A DNA stretch of 64,000 nt from Candidatus Tayloriibacteriota bacterium (GTDB taxonomy: Bacteria > Patescibacteriota > Minisyncoccia > Phycocordibacterales > PALSA-1337). Below the pieces are notes generated by a model. It was not told where the DNA came from, ran no database searches, and worked only from the letters and a program-made list of their open reading frames with translations. This document shows, one piece after another, positions 19,356 through 29,531 of this stretch (the first letter of the stretch is position 1; every line of letters starts with the position of its first letter). A program made the translations under genes and the position numbers. The DNA lies in NCBI GenBank assembly GCA_052034805.1, contig JBPOID010000007.1:26495-90494 (forward strand), written 5' to 3'.

Positions 19356-22300
19356 ATGAAAGAAAAAAATAATCATGGGCATTCATCAGATGCTAAATAT
19401 CTAGAGAGATTGGAATTCAGGCCAGAGCTTCGCAATATGTGGCTTTATTTCTTCATAAAGAATTTTAGAGTAGTTATTTTACTTATTCTTATGATTTCTA
19501 CATGGGGAATATATTCTTTTCTGAAACTACCTCGTGAATCAAATCCAGAAATAAAGATTCCCATAGCTATTGTCACAACTCTTTATCCAGGTGCTTCACC
19601 TGCTGATGTAGAAGAATTTGTAACAAAAAAGATAGAAACTGAGATATCTGGTTTAAAAGGTTTAAAAAAAATAACATCTAATTCATTCAATTCTATCTCT
19701 TCTATTCAAGTAGAATTCGATGCCAAACAAGATGTAGAAGATTCTATACGTCGTCTCAGAGATAAGGTTTCTACAGCTAAAACAAAGATATCAACTCAGG
19801 CTGAAGATCCACAAGTCCTAGAAGTTTCATTAGACGATACACCTATATGGTCAATATCACTTACTGGTCCATATGATGGATTTACATTGCGTAAATATGC
19901 AGAAACTATAAAGGATGAATTAGAGAAAATATCTGGAGTTCGTGAGATGAGGATTTCTGGTGGAGATGAAAAAGAAATAGAAATAGCTTATATTCCTGAG
20001 AATCTATTGTTTTATGGAATCTCTACGGCAGATGCAAATCAAGCCATAATATCTACCAATATTGCCATACCTGCAGGAAATTATGAAAGTGGTAGCTATG
20101 TAGTTCCTATTCGTTCTGATGCGCGTACAAATACAATATCAGATATAAGTCGCATACCTGTAGGTCATAATGATGGCGGTGGTACTATACTTTTAAGTGA
20201 TATAGCTCGTATAACTGAAAAAAGTTTAAAGAAAACTTCATACTCAAGATTTTCTATAGAAGGAGAGCCTTCTAGAAATTCTGTAAGTCTATCACTTATA
20301 AAACGCCAAGGAGCATCGGTATTAGATACCGTAGATATGGCAAAATCAACTGTTGATAAAACAATATCAAATTTTCCTCCAGGTATTAAATATGATATTT
20401 CTTTAAATCTTGCAGAAAGGGTTAGAAATGATTTCGTTCAGTTATCTGATGATTTTCTTCTTACAGTATTTCTAGTTGCTATAATATTATTCTTAATTGT
20501 TGGCCTGAAAGAAGCTTTCGTAGCAGGACTTGCTATACCTTTAGTGTTCTTTGCGAGTTTCGGATTGTTGCTCATGTTTGGTATTACTTTGAATTTCTTA
20601 TCACTTTTCTCTTTAATTCTATCTTTAGGATTATTGGTAGATGATGCGATAGTGGTGGTCTCTGCTACGAAACAATATCTAAATACTGGTAAATTCACAC
20701 CAGAAGAAGCCGTACTTTTAGTATTGAATGATTTCAAATGGGTACTTACAACAACTACCTTGGCTACTGTATGGGCATTTCTACCATTACTTTTTGCTAC
20801 TGGTATTATAGGCCAATATCTAAAGTCTATTCCAATAACAGTCTCTATTACTCTGATCTCATCATTATTCATAGCTCTTATGGTAAATCATCCATTAGCT
20901 GCAGTATTGGAAAGAATAAGACTTAATCGTCGTTTCTTTTTCATTATAGAATCTGTACTGATGGTTTTTACAGTATCTATGTTCTATATAGGTGGTCTTT
21001 ATGAAATCATATTAGCTATTATTTCTCTTATTATTCAGGCATATCTTATATGGTGGTATGAAAGAGATGGCAAAGCTATTCTTTTAGAAAATGCGAAATT
21101 AATGGATAGGGAATGGAAAGATGATAATTTAATAAAAGAAAAACTTAGAAAACAAGGAAGTCGTGAGCATGAAAGTTTAAGTGCTAGACTAATACATGGA
21201 ATTATAAATTTCAATTATCTTTTGCCTTTATATGAAAAGTATTTTAAACATTATATCTTGAATAAGAAACGTCGTAGGAATGTTATCATAGGTGTTATTG
21301 CATTATTTATTTTCTCATTAGGTTTGGTCAAAAGTGGCATAGTTCGTTCAGAATTTTTCCCAGTATCCGATCAAGATTATGTATATGTAGATATCAAAAC
21401 TCCAGTAGGTACTAAACTTGGAGAAACAGATATTCGTACACGCGGTGTAGAAGAAAAATTATTATTATATAAGGATATAGCCAATTTCTCGACTATTATA
21501 GGTAGAGGAAGTATATCTTCAGGTAATAATAATGATGCTACAAATCTGGCTTCGATAACTGTCACTCTAAAAGATAAGAAAAATAGAAGTATGAAATCTT
21601 ATGAATTTGCAGATTTACTAAGACATGATCTCACAGCTTTATCTACTCCAGGAATAGTCATAAGTGTTTCAAATCCCGCTGGAGGTCCACCATCTGGATC
21701 AGCTTTCGAAGGACGTATAACAGGTGATAGTCTAGAAGTTTTGACCAAGATAGTATCAGATCTTCGTCCTAAGCTTCTATCAATACCTGGAGTTATAAAT
21801 GTGAATATCTCACAGAAAGATTCTGTACCGCAATATACATTTACTTTAGATCCAATAGCAATGGAACAAAATTATCTCAATGCTTCTTATGTCGGTTCAG
21901 TTCTTCGTACTGCTGTTTCTGGTACTGAATTGATAAAAATAATTCAAGAAGATAAAGAGATAAAAGTGATAGCAGTATTTAATTCTAATTCAATACCAAA
22001 TCTTTCTTCAATACAGAATCTACAAATATTAAATAATCGTAAACAACCAGTCTTTTTGAAAGATATTGCCAAAATAGAATTAAAGCCTGATGTAGATGTA
22101 ATAACTCGTATAGATCAGAAGAGAACAATACTTCTTTCTGCTGGTGTAGATAGTAGTACTAATGGACAGACAGTACTTGCGCAATTTGAAAAAAATATAG
22201 AAAATTACGTATTTCCATCAGGTTATTATATAAAATATGGAGGAGAAAATGAATCAAATGCAGAATCTGTGGCTTCTATTTTTAGAGCTATGATAATTGC

Positions 22301-22769
22301 TCTTATACTTATAGTTGCAACATTGGTAATACAGTTTAATTCATTCCGCAAGGCATTTATCGTTCTCGTACCTATACCACTTGCTCTTATTGGGGTATTC
22401 TTCGGAATGGCAGTATTTGATGTACCGCTCAGTTTACCAGCGCTTATAGGAGTGTTAGCATTGTTTGGTATTGTTGTTAAGAATGCGATTATTTTGGTTG
22501 ATAAAATAAATATAAATATAGAAAGCGGAATAGAATTCGAATCAGCAATAGCAGATGCTGGTAAATCGAGATTAGAAGCTATTTTCATTACTTCTATATG
22601 TACTATTATAGGTATTTTGCCAGTAACATTATCAAATGAATTCTGGAGAGCCCTCGGTAGTTCGGTTATATTTGGCCTTACACTTTCTTCATTCCTTACA
22701 TTGTTTATTATCCCAGCACTTTATCTAGTATGGGTAAAAGATGAAAAATCTGATATTATTAATTCATGA
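19356..22769 (+). CDS. RND superfamily efflux transporter permease (AcrB-like)
   Basis: 1137 aa, a 12-TM layout with two large periplasmic loops, and conserved TM4-like ...SLGLLVDDAIVVV. Confidence 0.7.
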   Translation: MKEKNNHGHSSDAKYLERLEFRPELRNMWLYFFIKNFRVVILLILMISTWGIYSFLKLPRESNPEIKIPIAIVTTLYPGASPADVEEFVTKKIETEISGLKGLKKITSNSFNSISSIQVEFDAKQDVEDSIRRLRDKVSTAKTKISTQAEDPQVLEVSLDDTPIWSISLTGPYDGFTLRKYAETIKDELEKISGVREMRISGGDEKEIEIAYIPENLLFYGISTADANQAIISTNIAIPAGNYESGSYVVPIRSDARTNTISDISRIPVGHNDGGGTILLSDIARITEKSLKKTSYSRFSIEGEPSRNSVSLSLIKRQGASVLDTVDMAKSTVDKTISNFPPGIKYDISLNLAERVRNDFVQLSDDFLLTVFLVAIILFLIVGLKEAFVAGLAIPLVFFASFGLLLMFGITLNFLSLFSLILSLGLLVDDAIVVVSATKQYLNTGKFTPEEAVLLVLNDFKWVLTTTTLATVWAFLPLLFATGIIGQYLKSIPITVSITLISSLFIALMVNHPLAAVLERIRLNRRFFFIIESVLMVFTVSMFYIGGLYEIILAIISLIIQAYLIWWYERDGKAILLENAKLMDREWKDDNLIKEKLRKQGSREHESLSARLIHGIINFNYLLPLYEKYFKHYILNKKRRRNVIIGVIALFIFSLGLVKSGIVRSEFFPVSDQDYVYVDIKTPVGTKLGETDIRTRGVEEKLLLYKDIANFSTIIGRGSISSGNNNDATNLASITVTLKDKKNRSMKSYEFADLLRHDLTALSTPGIVISVSNPAGGPPSGSAFEGRITGDSLEVLTKIVSDLRPKLLSIPGVINVNISQKDSVPQYTFTLDPIAMEQNYLNASYVGSVLRTAVSGTELIKIIQEDKEIKVIAVFNSNSIPNLSSIQNLQILNNRKQPVFLKDIAKIELKPDVDVITRIDQKRTILLSAGVDSSTNGQTVLAQFEKNIENYVFPSGYYIKYGGENESNAESVASIFRAMIIALILIVATLVIQFNSFRKAFIVLVPIPLALIGVFFGMAVFDVPLSLPALIGVLALFGIVVKNAIILVDKININIESGIEFESAIADAGKSRLEAIFITSICTIIGILPVTLSNEFWRALGSSVIFGLTLSSFLTLFIIPALYLVWVKDEKSDIINS

Positions 22770-23731
22770 AATCAACAAATAATAAAATCTTATTATCAGG
22801 AGTAAAACCTACAGGTAGGCCACATATAGGGAATTATTTCGGTGCCATGAAGCAATACACTGAACTTCTTTTGAATGGCAATTATGATTGTTATTTCATG
22901 ATAGCTGATTATCATGCTTTGAATCTTATTCAAGACAGGGAAGAAATGAAGAATAATATAATAGATTTAGCTATAGACTATATAGCCATAGGTCTTGATC
23001 CAGAGAAATCAACAATATTCAAACAATCAGACGTTTCTTCTCATACTGAACTCGCATGGATATTCGATACTATAACCACAATGCCATATCTAATGCGTGC
23101 ACATGCCTATAAAGACGCAGAAGCAAAGAATAAAGAAATAAATGTCGGCACATTCAATTATCCAATGCTTATGGCTTCAGATATTTTGCTTTATGATACA
23201 GATATAGTCCCTGTAGGTCAGGATCAGAAACAACATGTAGAATATACCCGTGATACAGCTCAGAAATTCAATAATATTTATGGAGAAATATTCAAATTAC
23301 CAGAACCATATATTATAAAAAATGTAGCCATAGTCCCAGGAATAGATGGAGAAAAGATGTCAAAAAGTTACGGTAATACAATATCTTTATTTGCTAGTAG
23401 AGATGAAATAATAAAATCAGTTATGAGTATAGTTACAGATTCTAGCGGTGAATTACCTATAAATGTCTATAATATACATAAACTAATAAAGAAAGAAGAA
23501 GAATTAAAGAAATTATACGAAGAAAATAAAGGCAAATATAAAATTCTAAAAGAAGCTTTAATAGAAGATTTAGATTCTTTTATAAAACCTCTAAGAGATA
23601 AAAGAGAAGAATTAGCAAAAGATAGAAATAAAATCATACAGATATTAGAGGAGGGTGGAGATAAAGCAAGGAAAGTAGCTCAAAATAAATTAGATAAAGT
23701 AAAAGAAGCTATAGGAGTATCAATAAAGTAG
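22766..23731 (+). CDS. trpS: Tryptophan--tRNA ligase
   Basis: Class I signature PTGRPHIGNYFGA (HIGH variant), KMSKS (EKMSKSYGN), 321 aa. Overlaps the RND gene by 4 nt. Confidence 0.85.
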   Translation: MKSTNNKILLSGVKPTGRPHIGNYFGAMKQYTELLLNGNYDCYFMIADYHALNLIQDREEMKNNIIDLAIDYIAIGLDPEKSTIFKQSDVSSHTELAWIFDTITTMPYLMRAHAYKDAEAKNKEINVGTFNYPMLMASDILLYDTDIVPVGQDQKQHVEYTRDTAQKFNNIYGEIFKLPEPYIIKNVAIVPGIDGEKMSKSYGNTISLFASRDEIIKSVMSIVTDSSGELPINVYNIHKLIKKEEELKKLYEENKGKYKILKEALIEDLDSFIKPLRDKREELAKDRNKIIQILEEGGDKARKVAQNKLDKVKEAIGVSIK

Positions 23732-23885
23732 TCGTATTTTAACAAATATCTTGACCTTAAAGGTTTTTATATTGTAAAACTAGGGTTTTTATCATTTCTT
23801 TATTATTTTTTTATAATTTCTTTATTTTCATAATATATACTTTTTTATTATAAATAATTTCTACGAGAGTAGATAAATAAAAAGC

Positions 23886-24440
23886 ATGTATAATAAAAAA
23901 CATAAAGATAATCCAAATACAATAGGGAATACAATAAGAAAAAATATAATAAAGAAAGGCAAAAGAGAAAGCAAAATATTTAATAAAAATAAAAAAGGAT
24001 TCACTCTAATAGAAATACTCATAGTTATAGGAATAATAGCTATTCTCGCTGCTGTAGTACTGGTTGCGGTGAATCCTTCTAGACAATTCAAGCTTGCTAG
24101 AGATTCTCAAAGAGTTAGTAATGTAAATGCATTATTGAATTCTATAAGCCAAAATATATCAGAGAATCACGGAGTCTTTTATTGTGCTGGTAGCCCTCTT
24201 TCTTTGCCATCCATTCCTACAATAGTGAAAAGTGATATATCATCGAATGGCTTCGATCTCGCGCACTGTGTCGTTCCTACCTATATTTCATCTCTACCCT
24301 ATGATCCTAGTGCTGTAGGAGCTTATTATAATAATGATACTGATTATGATACAAAATATGTTATATATCAGGATATAAATGGCAGAGTAACAGCTAGTTC
24401 AACAGGAGAAATAACAACATCTATATCAGTTACAAGATAA
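23886..24440 (+). CDS. Type IV pilin-like protein (prepilin N-terminal methylation domain) with an unusually long leader
   Basis: GFTLIEILIVIGIIAILAAVVL consensus helix preceded by about 38 basic residues. No internal Met offers a shorter start. Confidence 0.65.
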   Translation: MYNKKHKDNPNTIGNTIRKNIIKKGKRESKIFNKNKKGFTLIEILIVIGIIAILAAVVLVAVNPSRQFKLARDSQRVSNVNALLNSISQNISENHGVFYCAGSPLSLPSIPTIVKSDISSNGFDLAHCVVPTYISSLPYDPSAVGAYYNNDTDYDTKYVIYQDINGRVTASSTGEITTSISVTR

Positions 24441-24464
24441 TATATTTATATTATACTGATTAGT

Positions 24465-25529
24465 ATGATTCCTAAAGACTTTTTTTCACCATTATCTAAT
24501 AATAAAATCAAAAAGATATTATTTTCTTGTATCACTATAATAATTTTAGCTCTTTTATTAAAGAATACAGGTAATAATAAAAATCATACAAATAATATCG
24601 ATATAAAGAAAAGATCAAATAATTCTGAAAAAGTAATAGATAGAATAGAATCAATAGAAAGTATTGATAATACAGAATCTATAGATAATCCGAAATCCAT
24701 AGATAATACTACGAAAAACAATACCACAAAGGTATCAGATAAAAATACATCCAATAAAGAAATAATAGACAATACAAAGCCAAAGCCAGAAATAACAGCA
24801 GAAGAATATCTAGTAGGGAATATAGAAACTGGAAGTATTTATTTATCCAAAAATCCAAATAAAGTATTTCCTATAGCGTCTATTAGCAAATTAATAACTG
24901 CAGTTATGGCAAAGAATATACTCAATTCTACTAGTACAGTTATTATTACCGATAAAATGTTAGAACCATATGGAGATGCGGGGAAATTGGTAATAGGTGA
25001 GAAATACACAATAGATGAATTATTATATCCATTATTATTAGAATCAAGTAATGATGCAGCGGAGGCCATAGCAGAATCTTATGGTTATGAAGATTTTATG
25101 GAAAAAATGAATTCTATAGCCAATGAATTAGGTATGGTATCTACTTCCTTTAAAGATCCAATAGGATTAAGTTATGAAAATATATCTAATGCAAATGATT
25201 TATTTACCTTAGTAAAATACGCTTATTATAATCAAAGACCAATATTCGATATTACAAAGAAAATAGATATGACTCTTTCTAGTACAACAGATCATATTGA
25301 ACATAATTATAAAAATATAAATCCATTAGCATCAGATCCTAACTTTATAGGAGGCAAGACTGGCAGAACAACAGAAGCCAGAGAAAGTATGATATCTATT
25401 TTCGAATATAAGATAGATAATAAAGCCTATCCAATAGCTGTTATTGTGCTTAGATCAGATTTTGGTGAAAGAGAGAATGATACAAGAGTGCTTATGCGTA
25501 AATTAGCTAGTAAAATAGACATGAATTAG
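24465..25529 (+). CDS. D-alanyl-D-alanine carboxypeptidase (peptidase S11, PBP5-like)
   Basis: SxxK (IASISKLIT), SxN (LESSNDAAEA) and KTG (GGKTGRTTEA) motifs. N-terminal TM plus a low-complexity repeat linker. Confidence 0.75.
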   Translation: MIPKDFFSPLSNNKIKKILFSCITIIILALLLKNTGNNKNHTNNIDIKKRSNNSEKVIDRIESIESIDNTESIDNPKSIDNTTKNNTTKVSDKNTSNKEIIDNTKPKPEITAEEYLVGNIETGSIYLSKNPNKVFPIASISKLITAVMAKNILNSTSTVIITDKMLEPYGDAGKLVIGEKYTIDELLYPLLLESSNDAAEAIAESYGYEDFMEKMNSIANELGMVSTSFKDPIGLSYENISNANDLFTLVKYAYYNQRPIFDITKKIDMTLSSTTDHIEHNYKNINPLASDPNFIGGKTGRTTEARESMISIFEYKIDNKAYPIAVIVLRSDFGERENDTRVLMRKLASKIDMN

Positions 25530-25620
25530 GTCTTGTGTATAAATATATTTGTACCACTTTTCCTATTAAAGTATAATTATATAGTCGACAATTTATTATA
25601 AATATAATTAATATAATTTT

Positions 25621-25848
25621 ATGAAAGCACTTCATATGATTTCATGGATACTTCTAATAGTTGGAGGCCTAAACTGGCTTCTACAAGGAGCTTTCCTATG
25701 GGATGTTGGCGCCCTATTTGGTGGCCAAACAGCAGTAGTATCTAGAATAATATATGTTCTAGTTGGTCTATCTGCTCTAGTTGAGCTATTCTCTCACAAG
25801 GGAAATTGCAAGGCTTGCAAGAGTGGAGATATGTCTCAAACTATGTAA
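25621..25848 (+). CDS. DUF378-family small membrane protein
   Basis: ISWILLIVGGLNWLLQGAFLWDVGALFGG resembles the DUF378 two-helix pattern. Confidence 0.5.
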   Translation: MKALHMISWILLIVGGLNWLLQGAFLWDVGALFGGQTAVVSRIIYVLVGLSALVELFSHKGNCKACKSGDMSQTM

Positions 25849-25877
25849 TAGTTTCATTTTTTTAATTATGTACATGC

Positions 25878-25903
25878 AAAAAGACCCCAAAGGGGTCTTT
25901 TTG
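25878..25903. terminator. Intrinsic terminator (bidirectional)
   Basis: aaaagacccc aaa ggggtcttttt. It serves the convergent genes on both sides. Confidence 0.7.
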
Positions 25904-25916
25904 TTATAAAAAAGTT

Positions 25917-25949
25917 CACCATCAATCTCTTTATCAGGGATTGATGGTG
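25917..25949 (-). terminator. Hairpin terminator for the minus-strand gene 25957..26472
   Basis: 11-bp stem caccatcaatc/gattgatggtg followed on the minus strand by a T-run. Confidence 0.5.
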
Positions 25950-25956
25950 TGTGAAT

Positions 25957-26472
25957 TCATTGAGGAGGCTTTTTGAACCTCTCTGTGCTGTCTTTCATAT
26001 CCATATCGGGGAAAAGTCCTAAGGGGAATATGAGGGGTGGGTTATCTTTATAAGAATATTTTGAATCATGTATTCTCGAACCCCAAAGTTTTCTTACCAA
26101 TTCATCGTATACATGATCCAATACAGGATCGGAGAAGAATTGTTCCTTATCTGTCAGTTCTACCCATTTTGCATGTAATATTGACATAGGACCCAAATCT
26201 ATTTTCACAAGTACTATATGATCACAGCTCCGACAATGAGAGAAAGTTCTTTTCTCTATTCTCCTTATCCAAAATCGAAGTTTTCCTGCTGGACTTCGTG
26301 TGGATATCATCTCATCTGAAGCCATTATTATCTTGTGCCTACGATGATTTTTGTGTTTTCTCCATTCACCACATTTAGGACATCTTCTGCCTATATTTTT
26401 ATAGAATCTGTATAGCTTATGCCATATCAGAAATACGGCAACAGACAATACAATCCTTAAAATCATATGCAT
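25957..26472 (-). CDS. Hypothetical protein with N-terminal TM helix and Cys-rich zinc-ribbon-like motifs
   Basis: RRCPKCGEW ... CRSCDH. Moderately elevated GC compared with flanks. Confidence 0.35.
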   Translation of the reverse strand: MHMILRIVLSVAVFLIWHKLYRFYKNIGRRCPKCGEWRKHKNHRRHKIIMASDEMISTRSPAGKLRFWIRRIEKRTFSHCRSCDHIVLVKIDLGPMSILHAKWVELTDKEQFFSDPVLDHVYDELVRKLWGSRIHDSKYSYKDNPPLIFPLGLFPDMDMKDSTERFKKPPQ

Positions 26473-26636
26473 TTTTAGCCTTATTTTATAGTTGTGCTCA
26501 TTTTCTATAATAATTATAATATATAATCAAATACTTGCTAAATATATATAAGTGTGATATTGTTTTGAATGGATAAGACGCATATGGTATGCGTCTTTTA
26601 AGTGCCTAACAACAATAAAGGCATTTGAAAAGTTAG

Positions 26637-27530
26637 TTGAAAAGAAGGAAAAAACCTATGAAAAACCTCAGTCTCAGTCTCGGTATTCACAGGAAGTGGG
26701 TTCGTTTCGTGTTTATGGCCTTCATGGCCATCTTCGTTCTCGGTGCGCAGGTTGTCTCGGTGAAAGCTTCGATCAGCCCTCCGCCACCACCTAATACTGA
26801 TTACTGGTATGTAGGTACGCCGAAATTCACCGGTACGTATCTTTCTGGTCCCACTCTAACAATGTGGGGTACTCCTGTGGGTAGTGGCTTTACTTACTCC
26901 CCACCTACTGATGCCCTCGGGGTAGATCCTTTAGGATCTACTGCAATGTGGCTAATGATTCGTACCTCATCAGCGTCTTACTCTAAAGCTAGTACGATGG
27001 TAAATGGATTCTACAAAACCGACGGGTCACCAGTGGCAAGGTATATTTCATTCTGGTATCAAACCTCGGATGTGTCACTAGGTTCTCCATTGCAGGTAAA
27101 ATTGGGGAATACGGTGATAGCAAGTATTACGGCGAATAAGTCCAGTTGGACCAGATTTGAGACCGTAGCTAACACAACATCCACAGGACAATACGAACTC
27201 TCTTTTCTCCTGAATAGGGGATCAGCTCCAGGAACGGTATTTCCTCAAGCGAAAATCGATGCAGTTCATTGCATACCAGATTTTTCGGTTCCACTTTCAA
27301 CTCCACCAAGTACTTCTTTCAAGATTTCTGGTGGAAAAGTAAAGTGGAAATATAGTGACTACGGGGACTTTTTCTTTTTGGTAGAGAAATCAAGTCTTGC
27401 TCCTGGTGCTTGGACCATGAAGACATCAGGTATAACTCTTGGTGCGGACGGGTGGTGGACATACACCATTCCTACTGGTGCAAATCACTTCTACGAATTA
27501 TACTCGCCATTGAATGCAAGCGGTCTCTGA
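26637..27530 (+). CDS. Hypothetical secreted protein (signal peptide, poly-Pro stretch)
   Basis: Signal-like N-terminus followed by SISPPPPPNTDYWY. About 48-50 % GC, far above background. Clean terminator downstream. Confidence 0.5.
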   Translation: MKRRKKPMKNLSLSLGIHRKWVRFVFMAFMAIFVLGAQVVSVKASISPPPPPNTDYWYVGTPKFTGTYLSGPTLTMWGTPVGSGFTYSPPTDALGVDPLGSTAMWLMIRTSSASYSKASTMVNGFYKTDGSPVARYISFWYQTSDVSLGSPLQVKLGNTVIASITANKSSWTRFETVANTTSTGQYELSFLLNRGSAPGTVFPQAKIDAVHCIPDFSVPLSTPPSTSFKISGGKVKWKYSDYGDFFFLVEKSSLAPGAWTMKTSGITLGADGWWTYTIPTGANHFYELYSPLNASGL

Positions 27531-27544
27531 GTAAGTTCTTTCAC

Positions 27545-27577
27545 CCCCAACGTTTCAAAGCGTTGGGGTTTTCTTTT
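27545..27577 (+). terminator. Intrinsic terminator
   Basis: ccccaacgtttcaaagcgttgggg followed by ttttctttt. Confidence 0.7.
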
Positions 27578-27599
27578 ATTTAAATTTATAAGTATACCT

Positions 27600-28169
27600 T
27601 TATGGTTTTCTACCTTTACCCAAGGTTATTATTGCAGTCATCATAGAATTAGTGATTATCATAGCTATAGAATGCAATGTAGTTGCTATATTGTATGATT
27701 GCAATGAGAATAATGCTAATATATGGCGTAATACATTTGCGCTATATAGTATTGGAGTTTCTGATTTTGGATTTTGCCAAGTTTTCCTAAGTGTAGGTAT
27801 AAATGCTATGAGATCTATAGACACGGCTATTATTACTGATACTGTAGGGTCCTTTGTTATTATCCAAGGGATAATTCCGAGTAATGCTATAACAAAGAAA
27901 ATTGTATCGGATATTAGTATTTTCTTGAATCCGTATTGAAGAGAGAATATGAAAATTAATAGAGTAAAGATTTCTGAAGCAGCTGTAGGCAATGCTCCTA
28001 TGCCTGCTCCTTTTGCTAATTGACCAAAGAATGTTATAGCAGAAACTGTAGTCCATACCATCCATGTATATGGATGAGGTTGTACTCTTCTTTTAACTAT
28101 ATCTATGAGATAAGGTATATTACCGACTACTGCTAGAATTGCTGCTATTATTGCTAATGTTTCTTTCAT
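27600..28169 (-). CDS. Hypothetical polytopic membrane protein, paralog A (partner at 36076..36630)
   Basis: About 6 TM segments. Shares the motif IAFIPTLRKTWQNPKSE with IGFIPTLQSVWTKPQNE of the second copy. Confidence 0.5.
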   Translation of the reverse strand: MKETLAIIAAILAVVGNIPYLIDIVKRRVQPHPYTWMVWTTVSAITFFGQLAKGAGIGALPTAASEIFTLLIFIFSLQYGFKKILISDTIFFVIALLGIIPWIITKDPTVSVIIAVSIDLIAFIPTLRKTWQNPKSETPILYSANVLRHILALFSLQSYNIATTLHSIAMIITNSMMTAIITLGKGRKP

Positions 28170-28241
28170 TTATTTAACAATAATTTTAACATATTTCTAT
28201 TTATATAGAAATTATATATAGAATGGTCTTTTGATAGAGAA

Positions 28242-29510
28242 TTATATATTAACTGAATTCGTACCAGCTATATATCCTGTAGTCCAACATATTTGCAAAC
28301 TATATCCTCCAGATGGTCTATCTATATTTAGAATATCTCCAATAAGAAAAAGATTAGGGAATAGTCGTGATTTCATGGTTTTGAAATCTACTTCATCTAG
28401 TGATACGCCACCACTTGATATAATAGCTTTATCTATTCCTAATAATCTATCTACATTTATAGGTATATCTTTTAATAATTTTACTAATTCTAGTCTTTCT
28501 TCACGACTTATACTATTGCATTTCTTATCTCCATCTATTTTAGACAATTCTATTATTATAGATACCATGGTAGAAGGTATGAGTTCGTTTAGAGAATTTT
28601 TGATTTTTCTTTTATCATTTTCTTTGAATATTTCTTGTAATTTATTATTCAATTCTCCATAATCTAGATCTGGTAATAGATCTAGAGATATAATGACTTC
28701 ACCATATTTCAATAATTCTCCTATGTCTTTACTCATATTGAGTATTGTTGGTCCAGAAAGCCCATTATGAGTGAATAAGATTTTTGTATCCCTATCTCTT
28801 ATTTCTTGTTTAACTTTATTTTGAAAAGTAGTTATTTTTATATTTTTTAGACTTGTACCTGCAAGCTTTTTTATCCATTTATCTTTTACTGATATTGGAA
28901 CTAGGGAAGGTTCTGCATTTATAATCTTATGTCCTAGATTAGATAACCATTTATATGCATCTCCGTTCGAGCCCGTCTCGGGTCTCGATACGCCACCAGT
29001 AGCCACGATCACTGATTTCGCTTTTATTATTTTATTATTCTTTAATCTAACCCCGATTATCTTTTTATTTATACCATTACCTTCTGTAGCAATATCTATT
29101 ACCGGAGTATTGGACAATATAGTGACTTTATTTTCTTTCATGTATTCTACCAATACATTCCATACGGATTCTGCTTTATCTGTAATAGGGAATACACGTT
29201 TTTCATTTTCTATCTTCGTATACATTTTCTTGCTATGAAAGAAATCAATAGCATCTTTTACACTATATTGTGAAAAAGCTGAGAAAAGGAATTTTCCATC
29301 ATCTTTGAATTTTTCTAATAGTTTTCTATTATCAAATTCTGCATTAGTTACATTGCATCTACCACCACCGGTTATGAGTAATTTCTTTCCTAATTTATCA
29401 TTCTTTTCTATTAGCAATACTTTTGCACCGAGACTAGAAGATCTACCAGCAGACATCATACCCGCTGGTCCTCCTCCTATAACTATTGTATCCCATACTA
29501 TATTTTCCAT
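28242..29510 (-). CDS. HI0933-family FAD-dependent oxidoreductase (BaiN/YhiN-like flavoprotein)
   Basis: VIGGGPAGMMSAGRSS...LLIEKNDKLGKKLLITGGGRCNVTN is the family signature. Confidence 0.7.
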   Translation of the reverse strand: MENIVWDTIVIGGGPAGMMSAGRSSSLGAKVLLIEKNDKLGKKLLITGGGRCNVTNAEFDNRKLLEKFKDDGKFLFSAFSQYSVKDAIDFFHSKKMYTKIENEKRVFPITDKAESVWNVLVEYMKENKVTILSNTPVIDIATEGNGINKKIIGVRLKNNKIIKAKSVIVATGGVSRPETGSNGDAYKWLSNLGHKIINAEPSLVPISVKDKWIKKLAGTSLKNIKITTFQNKVKQEIRDRDTKILFTHNGLSGPTILNMSKDIGELLKYGEVIISLDLLPDLDYGELNNKLQEIFKENDKRKIKNSLNELIPSTMVSIIIELSKIDGDKKCNSISREERLELVKLLKDIPINVDRLLGIDKAIISSGGVSLDEVDFKTMKSRLFPNLFLIGDILNIDRPSGGYSLQICWTTGYIAGTNSVNI

Positions 29511-29531
29511 AGTATTATGATAATTAATTAT

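Noticed and set aside
20438-20872. 144-aa minus-strand ORF
   Set aside because: Antisense inside the RND permease gene. It is an artefact of long AT-rich coding sequence.
28231-28662. 143-aa plus-strand ORF
   Set aside because: It lies entirely antisense within the well-supported HI0933 flavoprotein gene, has a low-complexity translation, and no start context.
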